DNA from: a virus
Taxonomy: Duplodnaviria > Caudoviricetes
Length of the DNA: 63,577 nucleotides
Strand: one strand, 5' to 3'
IMG/VR virus record: IMGVR_UViG_3300033183_000158
Location: 1 to 63,577 of that record
The notes under the pieces: generated by a model
The model's input: the letters and a program-made list of their open reading frames with translations, nothing else
Told to the model about the DNA's origin: nothing
Database searches by the model: none
Shown here: in pieces, positions 63,009-63,577 of the stretch
Numbering within the stretch: the stretch's first letter is position 1
Layout of the letters: every line of letters begins with the position of its first letter
Made by a program: the position numbers and the translations under genes

Positions 63009-63577
63009 AACCAATTTTAGGATTAAGCCGTGACACAGCGCCAAATGATCAGCGCCCAGGCACCTATAGACATGCGGAAAACATACTACTTACTAAACTC
63101 AATCAAGCAGTGGCTACGGAGCCCGGAAATACTGCTGAGTATAACAAGTCTGGTTACGATCTTGTAGGTGTAATACCTGTACGCGATGATGCTGCTGTAT
63201 TATTTTATGTCGAGGATGACTATATTACTGATAGTAGTTATCTGTCTGAAATTGTATACTTGGATGGAAAAGGCAATGCGACGTTAATACTACAACATGC
63301 GGATCTTAATTTTAATCCTGCGAATACTTTTAAGGGTGTACATTACTATAATCCTAGCGACGAGCTTATTGTTGCTTGGACCGATAATAATAACCCGCCG
63401 AGGATTCTAAACATTGACAACCCCGAGTTTACAGGTACAACACCTGCAGACAAATACATTAAAAGACTTGCTCTGTTTCCAGAGGCAAGTGTTCCTTCTG
63501 TCAAAGGGGTTATAACTGCAGACGAAGCTGGAAGCATTGCTAACGGTGCATACACATTCTTTATTACTTACGAGGCA
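63005..63577 (+). CDS. Tail stabilization (muzzle) protein, 3'-truncated
   Basis: Absent from the ORF track because it has no stop in the window: MKPILGLSRD-YRHAEN...WTDNNNPPRILNID. Confidence 0.8.
   Translation, partial: MKPILGLSRDTAPNDQRPGTYRHAENILLTKLNQAVATEPGNTAEYNKSGYDLVGVIPVRDDAAVLFYVEDDYITDSSYLSEIVYLDGKGNATLILQHADLNFNPANTFKGVHYYNPSDELIVAWTDNNNPPRILNIDNPEFTGTTPADKYIKRLALFPEASVPSVKGVITADEAGSIANGAYTFFITYEA

Noticed and set aside
1-63577. Stop-codon reassignment as in some Crassvirales
   Set aside because: Long genes are intact in code 11, and TAG (36439, 46567) and TGA (60110, 63008) end genes at sensible, coupled boundaries.

Overview
The window is most of a crAss-like (Crassvirales-type) podophage genome, probably infecting Bacteroidota (TAnnTTTG promoter matches, AT-rich leaders, Bacteroidota-style lipoproteins). 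It uses the standard genetic code. There are three blocks. (1) 1-11997 (+): the 3' part of a giant (>3,990 aa) virion RNA polymerase polyprotein with the DFDID catalytic motif and two zincin HExxH motifs, ending at a bidirectional terminator. (2) About 12.0-33.3 kb (-): early and replication genes, including a spore-photoproduct-lyase-like radical SAM enzyme, an extended UDG, a PD-(D/E)XK exonuclease, rIIA/rIIB, NinB, RusA, primase, SSB-like proteins, a Sak4-like ATPase, DnaB, an SF2 helicase, PolA and many small ORFs. (3) About 33.6-63.6 kb (+): RepL, GroES, a Tad1-like protein, IHF, terminase, portal, scaffold, capsid, ring proteins, a metallophosphoesterase, tail fibres, lysis genes and the start of the muzzle gene. 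The main leads are hairpin clusters that fold better on the template strand of the early genes (possible ssDNA promoters for the virion RNAP), palindromic repeats at the strand switch next to repL, an exact 21-mer upstream of two capsid units, a phage-borne SPL/UDG repair pair, a Tad1-like sponge, and several small ORFs missing from the ORF track. All protein calls come from motif recognition by eye; no database search or folding program was run.
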